The position numbers were made by a program, and so were the translations under genes. From Takakia lepidozioides (lineage: Eukaryota; Plantae; Bryophyta), in assembly GCA_030704615.1 (NCBI GenBank), contig CM060734.1:30194001-30258000 (forward strand): a DNA stretch of 64,000 nt, in the 5' to 3' direction. The notes beneath the pieces were generated by a model. It worked only from the letters and a program-made list of their open reading frames with translations. It was not told where the DNA came from and did no database searches. Numbering within the stretch: position 1 is the first letter of the stretch; every line of letters begins with the position of its first letter. Positions 50,901 through 63,600 of the stretch are shown piece after piece.

Positions 50901-51475
50901 CCTCAAATCCCAAACATTTGGCCAGTTAAGATGGGAACTACACTATCACAGGAAATTGACATGATGGAAGATGCAGGATTTCGGCTCCCAAGAGGACCAA
51001 CTATCATGACGGTTAATTCTTCGCATGATTTCCCTTCCCCGTTTCCTGCGCGCCCTCCACTTGGCAACGACTGGCCTACAAAAAGAAACGGAAAGGTGGT
51101 CCGGCGGGTTGAGGCAGGTGCAGAGCACGAGTGCAAGATTGAATCAGCGAAAACCCTTGAGTGTCGGATCACCCACGTTGCCCAACATGCTACGGACAGG
51201 TGTATAGTATGGTGACGATGGGATCTATTCTTCACAACAGGGCGTACGAGGTAACAGTTTCCAATTTCCCAGATTGCACTTGCCCAGACTTCAAAAACAC
51301 AATCTCCAATTCTCTAGGAAAGAGAGGTAAATTTGTGCTATGCAAACATTTGTACTACATGTACATTCAGAGGATGTTTTGTGATCCAAAAAGAGACACA
51401 TACATTCACCAATGTACGATAGGGCCAGCTGATGTTATGACACTACTTGAGCGAGATAGTACTGCACGAGTTTGA
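47930..51475 (+). pseudogene. MULE-type DDE transposase with GCM/WRKY-like Zn domain and C-terminal SWIM finger, disrupted
   Basis: GHPW...RRSVCVGHLRC...CKYC...C...HLGNHTHP (GCM-like); FDHVKR, GFMADSAQTNWNAV, CLFHW, NLSETVH (D, D, CxxH, E); CTCPDF...CKHLYY (SWIM). Stops at ~49095 and ~49773, plus frameshifts. Confidence 0.85.
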
Positions 51476-54400
51476 GATATTCTCGAGCATGACCTTGCAA
51501 AGCCTGGGCTGCTTTTCTGTGACGTCCGGTGACAGATGACAAAGTCGCGCCTTTGTATGAAAAAGCTTCAGGTTGTTTGATGGTAGCACTTTCTTGACTC
51601 AGAAGCCATCTCCTACCCCATGTCATGATCAAATGAATGGCAATGCTTTGTACACTTTGTACACTTTCCAAATTCGACCGTGCGTTCTAAATATACCCCA
51701 GTCTTACATGGACCTTCACTACTGGCATTGTTTATACGACATGTATATTGTTTTGAACACAAGGTACGTGAACGTCAAAAATCGTTCGAGTTCTTTCAAC
51801 CAAGATGTCATTGGTCTCATCCATTGTATATTCATCCGTATTTTGACGTCCCATCATTCATCCTACATTCATCCCGTAACCATCCAACATTCATCCTACA
51901 TTCATCCATTCCACAAACCCATTCATCCGCGCGGATTTCATCTCGCATAACTCTCAAATTTCCATTCATGTCTTGCATATGTTGCCCCCATAAACCATAA
52001 ACGTCGTCCCCACGGCAATAGGTTCTGCTTTTCCCATGGCTATAGGCTCCGCTTTCATTCTATGCTCACGCTTGCTCACACTTAGGAAATCTGCTCACGC
52101 TTAGCGGAGCGCGCTCACGCGCTAGCTTCCCTCCTCCTTCAGGACCCTATTGAAAGGTTTCAAGCTAGGCTCAAGGTAGTCAGTGTGACTGCTCAAACCA
52201 TGAGCAGGGATTTGGCTCTGGAACGCTCTAGGAAAACCAAAGCTTTAACCAAGTGTCTTGCTGCGTGTCAGTCTCGAATCGAATTTCCCCATTGTGATAA
52301 TCACACTTACCTCACATACCTTGAAGCCAAGCATAATTTAGAATCCCTCCAATCCCTCCAAGAACAGAAACTCAAGCTCCAAGCAGGAGTCAACTGGTCA
52401 ACCAAGGGGGAGAAAATGTCAAAATACTTCTTTGACAAGACTAGGTTACGCAGAGCCTCTCAGAACATTACAGAACTAATTGACCAATCCACTGGTACTT
52501 CTGCCTCAACCCCAAAACAGCTATCCACCCTAGCAAAGATCCACTTTACAAATCTCTTCCAAAGTGACTCTCACGGAGATCTAACCCTCTCTCCTCACCA
52601 ACAAACATGCCTACAATCCACCCCATCCCTGTTACATCCAAACCTATCTGCTTCCCTTGAAGGGGAGCTCACTCTGTTGGAACTAGAAACAGCGTTGCGC
52701 AAAATGCACAATGGGAAATCCCCGGGCATCGATGGAATCCCAGTGGAATTCTATAAATGCCTCTGGCCTGAAATCTCCAGTGACTTTATCTCCATGGCTT
52801 GTAACCCTAGGTCTTCTTCCCCCTTGGGAGGTTCGTTCGTTCATCACTGACTACGGTGTGTGTACCTAATCTGGAGTTTTAATTTTTTTCCCCACAATAA
52901 ACTCAATAAAACTAATTCAGGCCACCCCCCCCCCCCCCCCTGTTCAACCAAAAAAAAAAAAGAAAAAAGAAAAAAAGAAGAAGAAGTATCATGCGATTTA
53001 TATATAGATTTTTAGGGCAACGGGCCTGACCCACTCGAGCGGCCTTAGTGCCTTTTAGGAGGCTGGTTTGCTCCATTGCCCATGTTTCTGCAGCCCCATT
53101 CTCTTCATATACACCTTAGTACTTATCCACTTGCTACAAAATAACAACATCCTAGTCCCCACTCCCACCCCATTCTTAGCTATTGGCTTACTTATTGATT
53201 GCACTTGTTGGTACCATTGTCTAATTAATTATAATACATTGGAGATCGATATGTATTTATGTATGCTGCTGTTTTTTGTGCTAAATAAAGCAGGTATTGG
53301 GACCCCACGTTTTATTTTTAATCAAACTCCAAAAAAACAAGAAAAAAAAGTTTGGCAAAATCGCAAGAGGTGGCATGACCTTGAATGAGACTGGTTAATT
53401 GCACAAAATTGACAACCATGCTATTGTCTGATCATACTATGATCTATTAATATATCCATGTGAGACACCTTCTCCATCTCTTGTCCCAGAATTTGACATT
53501 GAACAGATGTGTAAAATCTGCGAGGGCTAACTTAGACAAGCTTATCATGTTTGTATAGTATGGATGTGGGTATTATTTATCCTGCACGTGTAATGATTCC
53601 TTAACCAATGCGACTCTTATTCTACATGACATTGCATCTCAAGTGTCATCCGTTAAACCATCCATATAAACTCCATGATACCGTAAATAAAAAAGCTTGG
53701 TCAAAGAAGAAAGATATAGGTTTGATTTCAATATTCAAAATATCATTTGGTCCTCATAAAAATATAGCAATTAATTTAAATCAACGGTGAAATGCTCAAA
53801 TTTTTGGTATGTGGAAGATATGCATGAATATGTAAGGTAGGTAGTCTGTAATATATTGGAGAAGGCTTTCAGAAAGCGCACATAATGATGTGTGCGCAAT
53901 GGAAGTCTGTGTTTGTATGTGTAAATAATAGTATAAATTAGTTTTGTGGAAGTCACAGAAAACCCTAAAGAAGTAGAAGGCAATGATATGGGCAATGGTA
54001 GAAAGTAAAGAAGACTTGACCTGTGAAAAATGACAACCTAGAGCTCAAATGTGGAGCCTACAACAAAGCAATTGCCTCCAAAAACCTACATTAGGTCGAG
54101 CCTTAGAGGAAATGGATCTATTCAACTTTGAGTTATATAATTAGAAATAATCTATTTCATGAGTGTTCCTACAAAACTTGAACTTCCCCTTAATGCCCTC
54201 TTCAAAGGTATACTACAATCCACATGAAAGTGTTATCTTGTGCTTCAAATCCGGGTTTTTTGCATGAATTTGGTCACACAGCTCCTTCAGCTATTATTTC
54301 CTCTACACCAGTCATGTAGCCACCACATCAATTGTTCATAGGTCTGAAAAACCTCCATCCCACACCCATGTTGCACATAAGCTAGCCTACCCTATCACCA

Positions 54401-55739
54401 ACCCCTTTCCTAATTCCGCCACCCAATTTTTTTTCCCTAAACCGTCATTGGCGTCCTTGGCAAGTGCGTTGGACACATGGACGGAATAATGCGAAAAAAT
54501 GGAGGGAATCTGGTTCATTCCATCATGTGGATGGACGACATTATTAATGTTCATTTAAACTTGATGGTGCGTTTTAATGCGATATATTAAGTGTCTTTAT
54601 ATTTTAATGAGGTGCGTTTTTGAACGAGATTGTTCTCGTAGCTTCCAAACATCGAGTTCAGTTCTACGGACTACTGTAGATGGATCTCTGTGTTTGTAGA
54701 CATGACATTGCATGTCACGCGGTGTTTTTGCAAAACTACACGTGATGTTTTTGCTCAACAGTGTCACGAGATTACAAAGTTTTCATGATGGATCGTATCC
54801 TTCTCTCACACAATATTGCACTAGAGTAGAGGTCACGCCGCTGTAGATTAGAGGTCACAATCCACCAATATCCTTAAGTTCCCAAGCCCTTTTTGGACTT
54901 TTTACCAATTTTTGGTACCCAGCTGCAGTAAATTGCTCCTAGAAACCTACCAGGAATCATCCAGAGATTCCAGCCTTAGAGCAGTGGGCCCAGCTCATTT
55001 ATGCATGAGATACCAAAAAATGAGCCAAGTCCACCGTGGAAATTGTGAGATTATAACGTTGGCCCGGACCTCAAAATATCAGGTCCCAAAGAAATTAGAA
55101 TTTTCAACTTGTACATAAAATTTGCTGATGAACAAACTAAAGAATGTGAGAGTGAGAAAGAAATTGGTTTGACCAAATCAAAACCTAGTTTTATCCAATT
55201 TTGCTTGTCCCAAGACCCACCATTTCCAAATCAATAGTGGAGTGGCTATGACCCCACTAAATTGCAGGGCCAACTGATTTTTTCACCTATGGTTGCTTTG
55301 CATGCAATTACATAGGGGTTGAAAATCTCAAAATTGACAAGAGAAAATGTGCCTCCAAATCAAGTACTTTTTTTTCCTACAAATTTTTAAAAGCCAACGG
55401 TGGATGGATGTGTGTATGTAATGCTCACACACCACAAGGTTTACAAAATTGCTAATTTTTTGCCAAAAATGGCCTTTGGAGTGCAATCTCTTTTGGGCTT
55501 GTTTACTTGCCACGTCAGCGGTCAACAAGCACTTTTCAAGCCCAAAACGTGATAAATTTATCTAAGATATTTTCTGTAGATTGTAGTTTTTATTTTATTT
55601 TATTTTTTCTTTTTGCATCATACTCGAGACAAATCCCTTGTCATTAAAGCTTAAGGAGTGGGCCCCATTAGATTAGATCTGCAAAAATTAGGTGGAAGTG
55701 GTCTACCTCTCAAGTCAGTAGGCACTCTATCCATTCCTT

Positions 55740-56420
55740 GCACTACATGGACATAGACGATGTCGACATCACCGGCAGATACACACCTCTGTCTGCACGT
55801 AGGTTCTCTCACTCCAACATGAGTCAATCGCCTGATCTCAGTAGCAATGACGTATATGGAATGCAATTTGCACAAACACAGAGTCAGTTTGACACACCAA
55901 TTCCAGATGCAATCTGCAACCAACATTCAGCCACACCATTTAGAGATTTGACCAATCAATCTCCCCCCTTGCCTTCAAACTCAAATCCATGTCACGACTT
56001 GCTACCTCGAAACAGATCAAAGAAGAAAAGAGGGCAATGGTCAAGCGAGGATTTGGAACACACCATGAATGCTGCAGATGAAGGTATGGAGCTTAAGAAG
56101 GCTGCTCGTTTGTGGGGCATCCCTCTCTCGTCCCTTGGAGATCATGACCTCATCCACAAATTTCCCTGCGAGTTGCACAAGGGCTGGAAACGAAGAGATG
56201 CAGGACATGCAAGAACCGATAGACAACGACCATCGACCATGTCCTGTAGGAATTTCATGGTTCTTATCCCTCCCCCAAATTATCGAAATTCCTGCTTCCA
56301 AGAAACATAATGCTGAGCTGATTATTGATTACACAAAGTCATTGATCATGACTTCAGATGAGTATCTTGCTGGCTTATAACAAAAGGCAAAGAAAAAAGA
56401 GGAAGCTGAAAGAGGTCAAG
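55740..56420 (+). mobile_element. pogo/Fot1-like transposase remnant with internal deletion
   Basis: RGQWSSEDLEHTMNAADEGMELKKAARLWGIPLSSLGDH (psq-type HTH) joined to a C-terminal IMTSDEYL...KAKKKEEAE segment; the DDE core is missing. Confidence 0.7.
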
Positions 56421-56709
56421 TTGACAAGGGTGTCTTCACTGGTGGCAATAAAATGAGGGTTGGTTTAATTAGTTTTGTTTTCTCACCTAAAGAATTATCA
56501 CCTGTGGGCCGTGTGGCCCACTGATTAAGATTCTAGGTGTGTGGCAATTGTCGATCAACTCTGAGGAAATACCTTTATATTTTTGAGGTTGTTGAGATCA
56601 ACAACCTAGCGAGTACTGGCAGCTGCTAGTGAAATTCTGAACAATGGTCAGGGTTTCCACAAAGGCAGTTGTATTGTAATTTGGAAATTCAATAATCTTG
56701 ATCCATTTA

Positions 56710-57200
56710 GCAAGCTAGGACAGTAGAATGATGGTTAACATCATTGCAGATTGCTACATCCACTGAGTTCCCATTTTTCTGAGCCATATTCACTGCTTGA
56801 ACTGCCACACCAAATATGCAATATGCCACAGAAAGACATGCCTATGTATCGAATTGCACTTGAGCTCTTCTTCATTTACTTACAATTTTATCATGTTTCT
56901 TTTATGGAAACTTTCAAAATCCAACAATGCACAAGCACAACAAGGCTACCATAAGCTTTTGTAATAAGAGGTTCCCATACCACACTGAGTTTAGAGCTAC
57001 CTCTATATTTCGCAAGCTAGGACAATAGAATGATGGTTAACATCATCGCAGACTGATACATCCACTGAATTCCCAATCTTATGAGCAAAACCCACTGCTT
57101 GAACTGCCACACCAAAGATGCAATATGCCAGAGAAAGACAGGCCCCTGTACCGAATTGCGCTTGAGCTCTTCTTCATTTAGCCCCATCCCAACAATTTTA
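56710..57200. repeat. Direct duplication of ~170-190 bp
   Basis: gcaagctaggaca.tagaatgatggttaacatcat...cttgagctcttcttcattta at ~56710 and ~57012. Confidence 0.85.
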
Positions 57201-58519
57201 TCCTGTTTGTAGCCCTTGGGATAATGACTTATTTGCACCACTCTCACCCCTAACAAATTAATCAATTCAACCAAATTTAGGCAACAAGGACAGCCTCACA
57301 GACAAATTTCCGTCACAAATGCATGAAAACAAAAAAAGACAAGGAAGTCACCCAAACGTTACAATTGAGAATACAGTCCCAGAAGCTAAGAATGCTCAGA
57401 TGAAGGCTTACCCAACTGCTGCACATGTCGAGCAGAGCCAAACCAGGAGTGTTGCTCGGGGAAAACATATAGGCATAGCGCTGAGTGAGGGACTTGATTG
57501 CTGGGTCATTGATATGCGTGACAAATCTTGGCCAGGAATAAAAAGTGATGTAACCCTGAAGACTTTATTGGCTCCTCCCTCAAGATGAGACCACGCATCA
57601 CTGCCAAACTGGGAGAAGATCCTGATATACCTTCACCAGAAAACACTCAAACATAGGAGATATACCTTCACTAGTTAAGATTACTCTTGATTAATGATCA
57701 TCAAATATTAAGCACATGTGTGTGAAAGAAATGTGAAATGGATGACTGAAAAACGAGAAACGTGATAAGTGTGTTTTGGATCGGAACTCTAGCTGCTTGG
57801 AAACGGAAGTTACTAGTCAACGTAGAAGGGTGATGCCAAGGGCTCCCTCGTCTTTCTCTTTGCCTCGCGAGTATTTTGCTTCTGCATTGTGTCTCAGATC
57901 TCTTTTCGTTCATGAGTACAACCAGCGCCTTGAGTTTGTTGATTCAATTCGAAAACTAGGAGCTCTGGGCAACCCTTGTATGTGCACTTTTTTTGGGTGT
58001 CTTGGTGCTTAGGCACTGACTGCTTTTCATGGCATGGACAGCTAAGTAAAACTGCAAATGTGGTTAATGACAAGGCTACCTTGTATCCGTTTAATAGAAT
58101 AGTGATCATCTTATGAGGCCTTGTTTCGATTTGAGTCGGGTTTTTGAAGATTCTTCAAAGAATCTAAAGCTGTATGTGCCTTTAGTATGCAGTAATTACA
58201 ACAGACCTCTCCAATTTTGCTATATGCTAGGGTGTTGTGGGTCTTGCACTGTATAGGGATAACATGGGTTGCCTATGAAGAGCTTTGCTGGATTGTTACC
58301 ACAGATAGGAAAGAACAGGGTGGGCTTCAATTGGCTGATGTTTGGTTGATTGCATATGCAGCTGGGGAGCTACATGAGACTTTACTCAGACGATGAATGG
58401 GAATCTGTGGCATACATCTATCTTGTATTTATTTTCAAAAATGTATGAAAATCTGGTCAACTTGGTATTGTTGGAAGAGAACAAGAGTTCTTTTGTGTGT
58501 CCGTGACACTGCGAGAGGG

Positions 58520-58698
58520 ATGTGCATAAAGCGGTCCAAAATGAATATTCTCTTTTTGTTTTTTGGGCTGTTGTGTAGTTATGCAAGTTGCAGGTTGGTT
58601 GGAGCCAGAGAGAGAGTGAGACAAAGATTGACCATCCAGAGAGTCTTGAATAACCATTTGGATAGAACTACACATAGGGGTGTCGAGCATGTATTTAA
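58520..58698 (+). pseudogene. Possible orphan first exon of a secreted (neprosin-propeptide-like) protein
   Basis: MNILFLFFGLLCSYASCRL...QRLTIQRVLNNHL...HVFK followed by a GT donor; no downstream exons found. Confidence 0.3.
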
Positions 58699-59534
58699 GG
58701 TAGAATTCATAGTATGCGGGCGTCCTCATAGACTGTACCTGTATTGTACATGTTATAATCTTACCTTACAAGAATCATCGTCCCGTCACTTGGTTAGGAT
58801 TTGATTGGCAGAGTATGTGAGTGTGGACACTTTTCTCATGTTTGCAAAACAATTCCATATCCAGCTCTGTGATTGCAAACAAGAACTATGTGGTGTGTTG
58901 GTAATGGGAGTTGTCATTTGGGGGAACAACCTGAAGATTTACAATTCACTTGTGGAGACATACTTGTGTCACAAACAGTGGCACTTGGGTGCAAATTTGC
59001 AAGGGAGTCAAAAGGAGTAGATCACTTAGCCTAAAACCACCTGAAGAGTCCCTATAGGAAGGGGCTGTGAAATTTTCAACATGTCTGAGGCCAACGTCAT
59101 TGGTACCTGAGGAAGACAACGCCTAGAAGACATATTAAAGTCTCTTCTTATAAAAAGATGTGAGAGTAGCCATTGTTATGCTATTTCTCCCTTGTTCATA
59201 TAGTGCAAAGGCAGCCGCTCACTTGCCAGCATTGAACATAGAGGGTAAACCAAGCTTGTTTGGAAAGCGGCGGCTATATACCTTTTGGCTTCCCTATAAT
59301 TTCTGTGATGTCAATTATGTAGAGGTCTTTTCTCTTTCGATTGGAATCTTTCAATTGGAAAGATACCCACTTCGATTCTACGTCAAGATGATTAGTCATA
59401 TCACTGTAGATAGATAGATGGTGCATGAATTGTCAGATAGGGAGCAAGTCATCACATGCTATTGAAAGAAGTTCTATAGACTTTAAACCAAAGAGGCATT
59501 TCAGCAGATTCAAATGCTTATAATATTTTAGTAC

Positions 59535-59755
59535 CTCAAAATTTCAGTATTTCAATAATTAATCAAGATTTTCAGCAAGTATTTCAGTATTTTCAGCCAG
59601 ATTTTCAGCGAGTATTTTAGTATTTTCAGCCAAATTTTCAGTGAGTATTTCAGTATTTCAATTCTCAGCAAGTATTTTTACATTTTAGCTAGTTCTTCAA
59701 CAAGTATTTCAATATTTCAGTTAGTGCAAGCATCTCAATATTTTAATATTTAGTA
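59535..59755. repeat. AT-rich short-period tandem repeat
   Basis: Recurrent gtatttcagtattttcagc-like units. Confidence 0.75.
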
Positions 59756-60689
59756 AATCTGAAGATCAGTTTTGTAATGTCATACATCAATCATTTAACA
59801 TCAATAAAGTTCTGCCAAGACCTTCGTTCCCGGCTTTATAAATAAATAAATAAATACATTTTTCTCTTGTGCAGAACATGTTTAAAATATAGTTTGAATA
59901 TGTGATTGCCTTATTTCAATATAAGATTTTAAGGAAATTTTCTACTTAGACTTTTAGGGTGGAGCCATTACACCACTAGCCGCTTGTTTACAACATGTAC
60001 AATGGGTGAACATACATAGGATGAGAAGTTGTGTCTGGCGACCTGAACACAAAGTCCATTATGTTCAAATAAATATTTACCTCCAAGATACAGTCTTCTT
60101 TATAGTGTCTATCAAAAGCAGCTACTGGCGGGACTTATGGTGTCACTGACTGGCCGTAAGGGTATTGCAGTCAGTGGGTATTACAGTCAGGACTAATCAG
60201 CACTGAGCTGTGGTCGTATTCTTAGATGATGTTTAGACGTTTGGACGTCACCACATTGTAGAAGCGGTCAGCGCTTGCATCCAGCCGCCGAATGGGCCAC
60301 ATGCAATTGCCACTTTTCGAGGCAATTGCCACCCTCCCTGTGGATGTCCACCGGGCTTTGGCTGATTTTATTTTTTGAACGACTTGGGGTACATATATAG
60401 TATTTGGAACCTGAGAAAAACTTAAATGCCAAGACCGTGGCTCTGGCTGCCCAACGCCTTCCTCACTGGTCGTTTTCAGAGACCACTCTACAATCTCCAG
60501 ACTGCAAACATAAGCTGGGTTAGCATCTGTGTGAGTCTGGACGTGTTCGTTGTTCTCATCGTGTAGAGCCCAATGGAGCGCAAAACAAGTTGCATGAATG
60601 TTGTTGAAAGCTCATTATCACCCCTCAGTAAAGGACCTTGTCAAAATGTTGATGCTGTCGGATTTTCGAGCACAAACCTCTACCTTGGA

Positions 60690-63600
60690 GCACGGAGCAG
60701 AGCTGGCATGAGTTTTTTACCGATCCTTCACGATGGTGGGACAACCGCAATCGCAAGGTGTGGCTTTTTCTTAATTTACGATGTGAAGAAGTTTGCCCAT
60801 CCTGGGCTCTTGGCTCCTGTTAGTACCATGATTTGGTATTCTTCCTGATGTTTACAAGGTTCTTGGGAGAGTCAGCTTGGTCTTAGCAGGCCGTGTTTCA
60901 ATCTCTGCCTGCTCAGCTGCACCGTGGTGGTTCTCACAGACCAATCCGACATTACCTGACTATAGACACAAGCAGCACACACAAGAGGTCTTTTTGCGTT
61001 GATGGTCGGTCAAATCCTCCATGGGTCATGACACAAGGTCAAGGACAATGTGGTGAGGGCGCCTTCTTCTTCGACCTATTTCAGCCTGTTTTTCCCTCTC
61101 ATCAGATCGGGCCCTGAATTTGCATATTGAATTCTGTAAGTTAGCTCGTTGGGTGGATCTGTGGTGGTTTGGAGTGATTTTGACAATTTACTGCCGATGT
61201 GGCAGCAGGAAAGTATCCAGAAACAGATAACAGAGATGAGGAGAAGCTTTGGAATGAACACTTTTCCTACCCCAGTCAATGGTGGGACAATGGAGACAAA
61301 AAGGTGAATGCCTGTTGGAAGCAGACGCAAGTCAGCATAGGAACTAGTGTGATAAGTTGAGTTGGGTGTCTCCTAGAACAAATCTAGGCTGTCATTGTCA
61401 GCTGCTAGCAGCAAGGCAAGGATGTATGCATGATCTGTGCAGAGGCATGGATAGCTGAAGGAGCAGGGATAGAGTGTGGGTCCAGATTCATCCAAGAGGG
61501 CCAGATTTCAAGCACAAGATTACCTATGATTCCCTGTGGATCAACAGCTACAAGAAACCTGCATGGGTAGATGGTCAACTGGAAGCAGCAGCAGAAGCAG
61601 CGGCACAATTGATAAAATCAGGCACTGCTAATGAAGGCACATTCTTCAACACATTTCACCCTGTTTTTCCCTTTTATTAGAACTGGCCCTAAATTTCCAT
61701 GTTGAATTCTGCAAGTTAGCTGGTTGAGTGAATCTAGTTTGGAGTGACTTTGACATGATGCTGCCAATGTGAAAACAGGAAAGTATCAAAAAACAGGTAA
61801 CAGAGACGAGGAGAAGCTGTGGAATGAATACTTTTCTGACCCCAGTCAATGGTGGGACAACCGAGGCAAAAAGGTGAATGCCTGTTAGATTACAGAGAGT
61901 AGCAGACGCAATTCCGCACAGGAACTAGTGTGATAAGCTGAGTTGGGTGTTTCCTAGAACAAATCTAGGCTGTCATTGTCAGCTGCTAGCAGCAAGGCAA
62001 GGATGCATGCATGATTTGTGCAGAGGCATGGATAGCTGAAAGAGCAGGGATAGAGTGTGGGTCCAGATTCATCCAAGAGGACCAGATTTCAAGCACAGGA
62101 TTACCTATGATTCCCTGTGGATCAATAGCTACAAGAAACCTGCATGGGTAGATGGTCAACTAAAGGCAGCAGCTGCAGCGGTACAGGTTATAAAATCAGG
62201 CACCTCAACCATGACCACAGCTTCTGGCAGAGGATCAAGAGAGGGAGTCCACAATGCCTCTTCTGGCACTTCTGGGCATGTGAAGATGCTTTGTGAGGCA
62301 GGCAGACTGAAAGAGGCTCTACAGACTTTAAACCAAGGAGGCATTTCAGCAGATTCAGATACGTATGTCTGTCTCTTGCATAAGTGCATCAAGATGAAAG
62401 GCCTGGAAGCTGGAAAGCAGGTGCACACTCACATTATCCAAAGTGGATTCACGCCAAATGTTTTTCTACTCAACACCCTTGTCAACATGTATGTTAAGTG
62501 CAGGAGCATCATGGATGCTCACCAAGTGTTCAACAGAATGCCTCAACGATCTTTGATCACGTGGAATATAATGTTGGCAGGATTTACCAAGCATGGGTGT
62601 GGTAGGAATGCTTTGGAGACCTATGAGCAAATGATGCGCGAAGGGGTGAAGCCCAACCACATCACCTTTGTTAGTGTTTGCAATGCGTGTGCAAGCCTGG
62701 GAGCCCTGGAAAAGGGGAAAGAGGTCCATGGTGACATTCTCAAAGCTGGAATTGTACCAGATGTCATTCTGAACACTGCCCTGGTGGACATGTATGCCAA
62801 ATGTGGGTGCATTGAGGATGCAAAGGGAGTTTTCAACACTATGGCTGAACGAGATGTGGTGTCGTGGAATGCGATGCTTGCAGGGTATGCACAGCAGGGA
62901 CGTGGTATGGAGGCTTTGGAGACCTATGATCAAATGATGGGGGAAGGGGTGAAGCCCGACCACATCACGTTTGTGTGCATTTGCAATGCTTGTGCAAGCC
63001 TGGAAGCCCTGGAAAAGGGCAAAGAGGTGCATGGTGACAGCATCAAAGCTGGAATTGTACCAAATGTCATCCTGAACAATACCCTGGTGGACATGTACGC
63101 AAAATGTGGGTGCATCGAGGATGCAAAGGGAGTGTTTGACACTATGGCTCAACGAGATGTGGTGTCGTGGAGTGCGATGATTGCAGGATATGCACAGCAA
63201 GGGCGCGGGATGGAGGCTTTGGAGACCTATGAGCAAATGATGTGCAAAGGGGTGAAGCCCAACCACATCACGTTTGTGTGCATTTGCAATGCGTGTGCAA
63301 GCCTGGCAGCTCTGGAAAAGGGCAAAGAGGTCCATGGGGACATCGTCAAATCTGGAATTGTACCCGATGTAATTCTGAACACTGCCCTGGTGGACATGTA
63401 TGCCAAATGTGGGAGCATCGAGGATGCGAAGGGAGTGTTTGACAGTATGGCTGAACCAGATGTGGTGTCATGGGGTGCGATGATTGCAGGATATGCACAG
63501 CAGGGGCGCGGGATGGAGGCTTTGGAGACCTATGAGCAAATGATGGCGGAAGGGGTGAAGCCCAACCACATCACGTTTGTGTGCGTTTGCAATGCTTGTG

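Larger units (their letters stand above)
40802..52132. mobile_element. Mutator-like DNA transposon, 11.3 kb, two divergent genes
   Basis: TSD cctccttc (40794-40801 and 52133-52140; 9 bp with one mismatch). Short imperfect TIR ggg..gctag..cgtgag. Subterminal inverted block acctatt.ccgtggg.acga and inverted GGATG/CATCC-rich tracts. Excision restores the L1 ORF2 frame (ALL-QDPIERF). Confidence 0.9.
38985..52980 (+). mobile_element. L1/Tx1-like LINE (ORF1 end, ORF2 APE and start of RT), split by the 11.3-kb insertion and internally deleted
   Basis: APE at ~39910-40801 (SWNIRG, QEHK, VNVYAP, MGDFN, ARLDRFY). It continues in frame at 52141-~52800 (GEKMSKYFF...KSPGIDGIPVEFY). A poly(A)-like tail lies at ~52950-52980. 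Confidence 0.85.

Noticed and set aside
59470-59520. ~40-bp match to the PPR gene at ~62325
   Set aside because: A tiny remnant with no surrounding ORF; not a gene.
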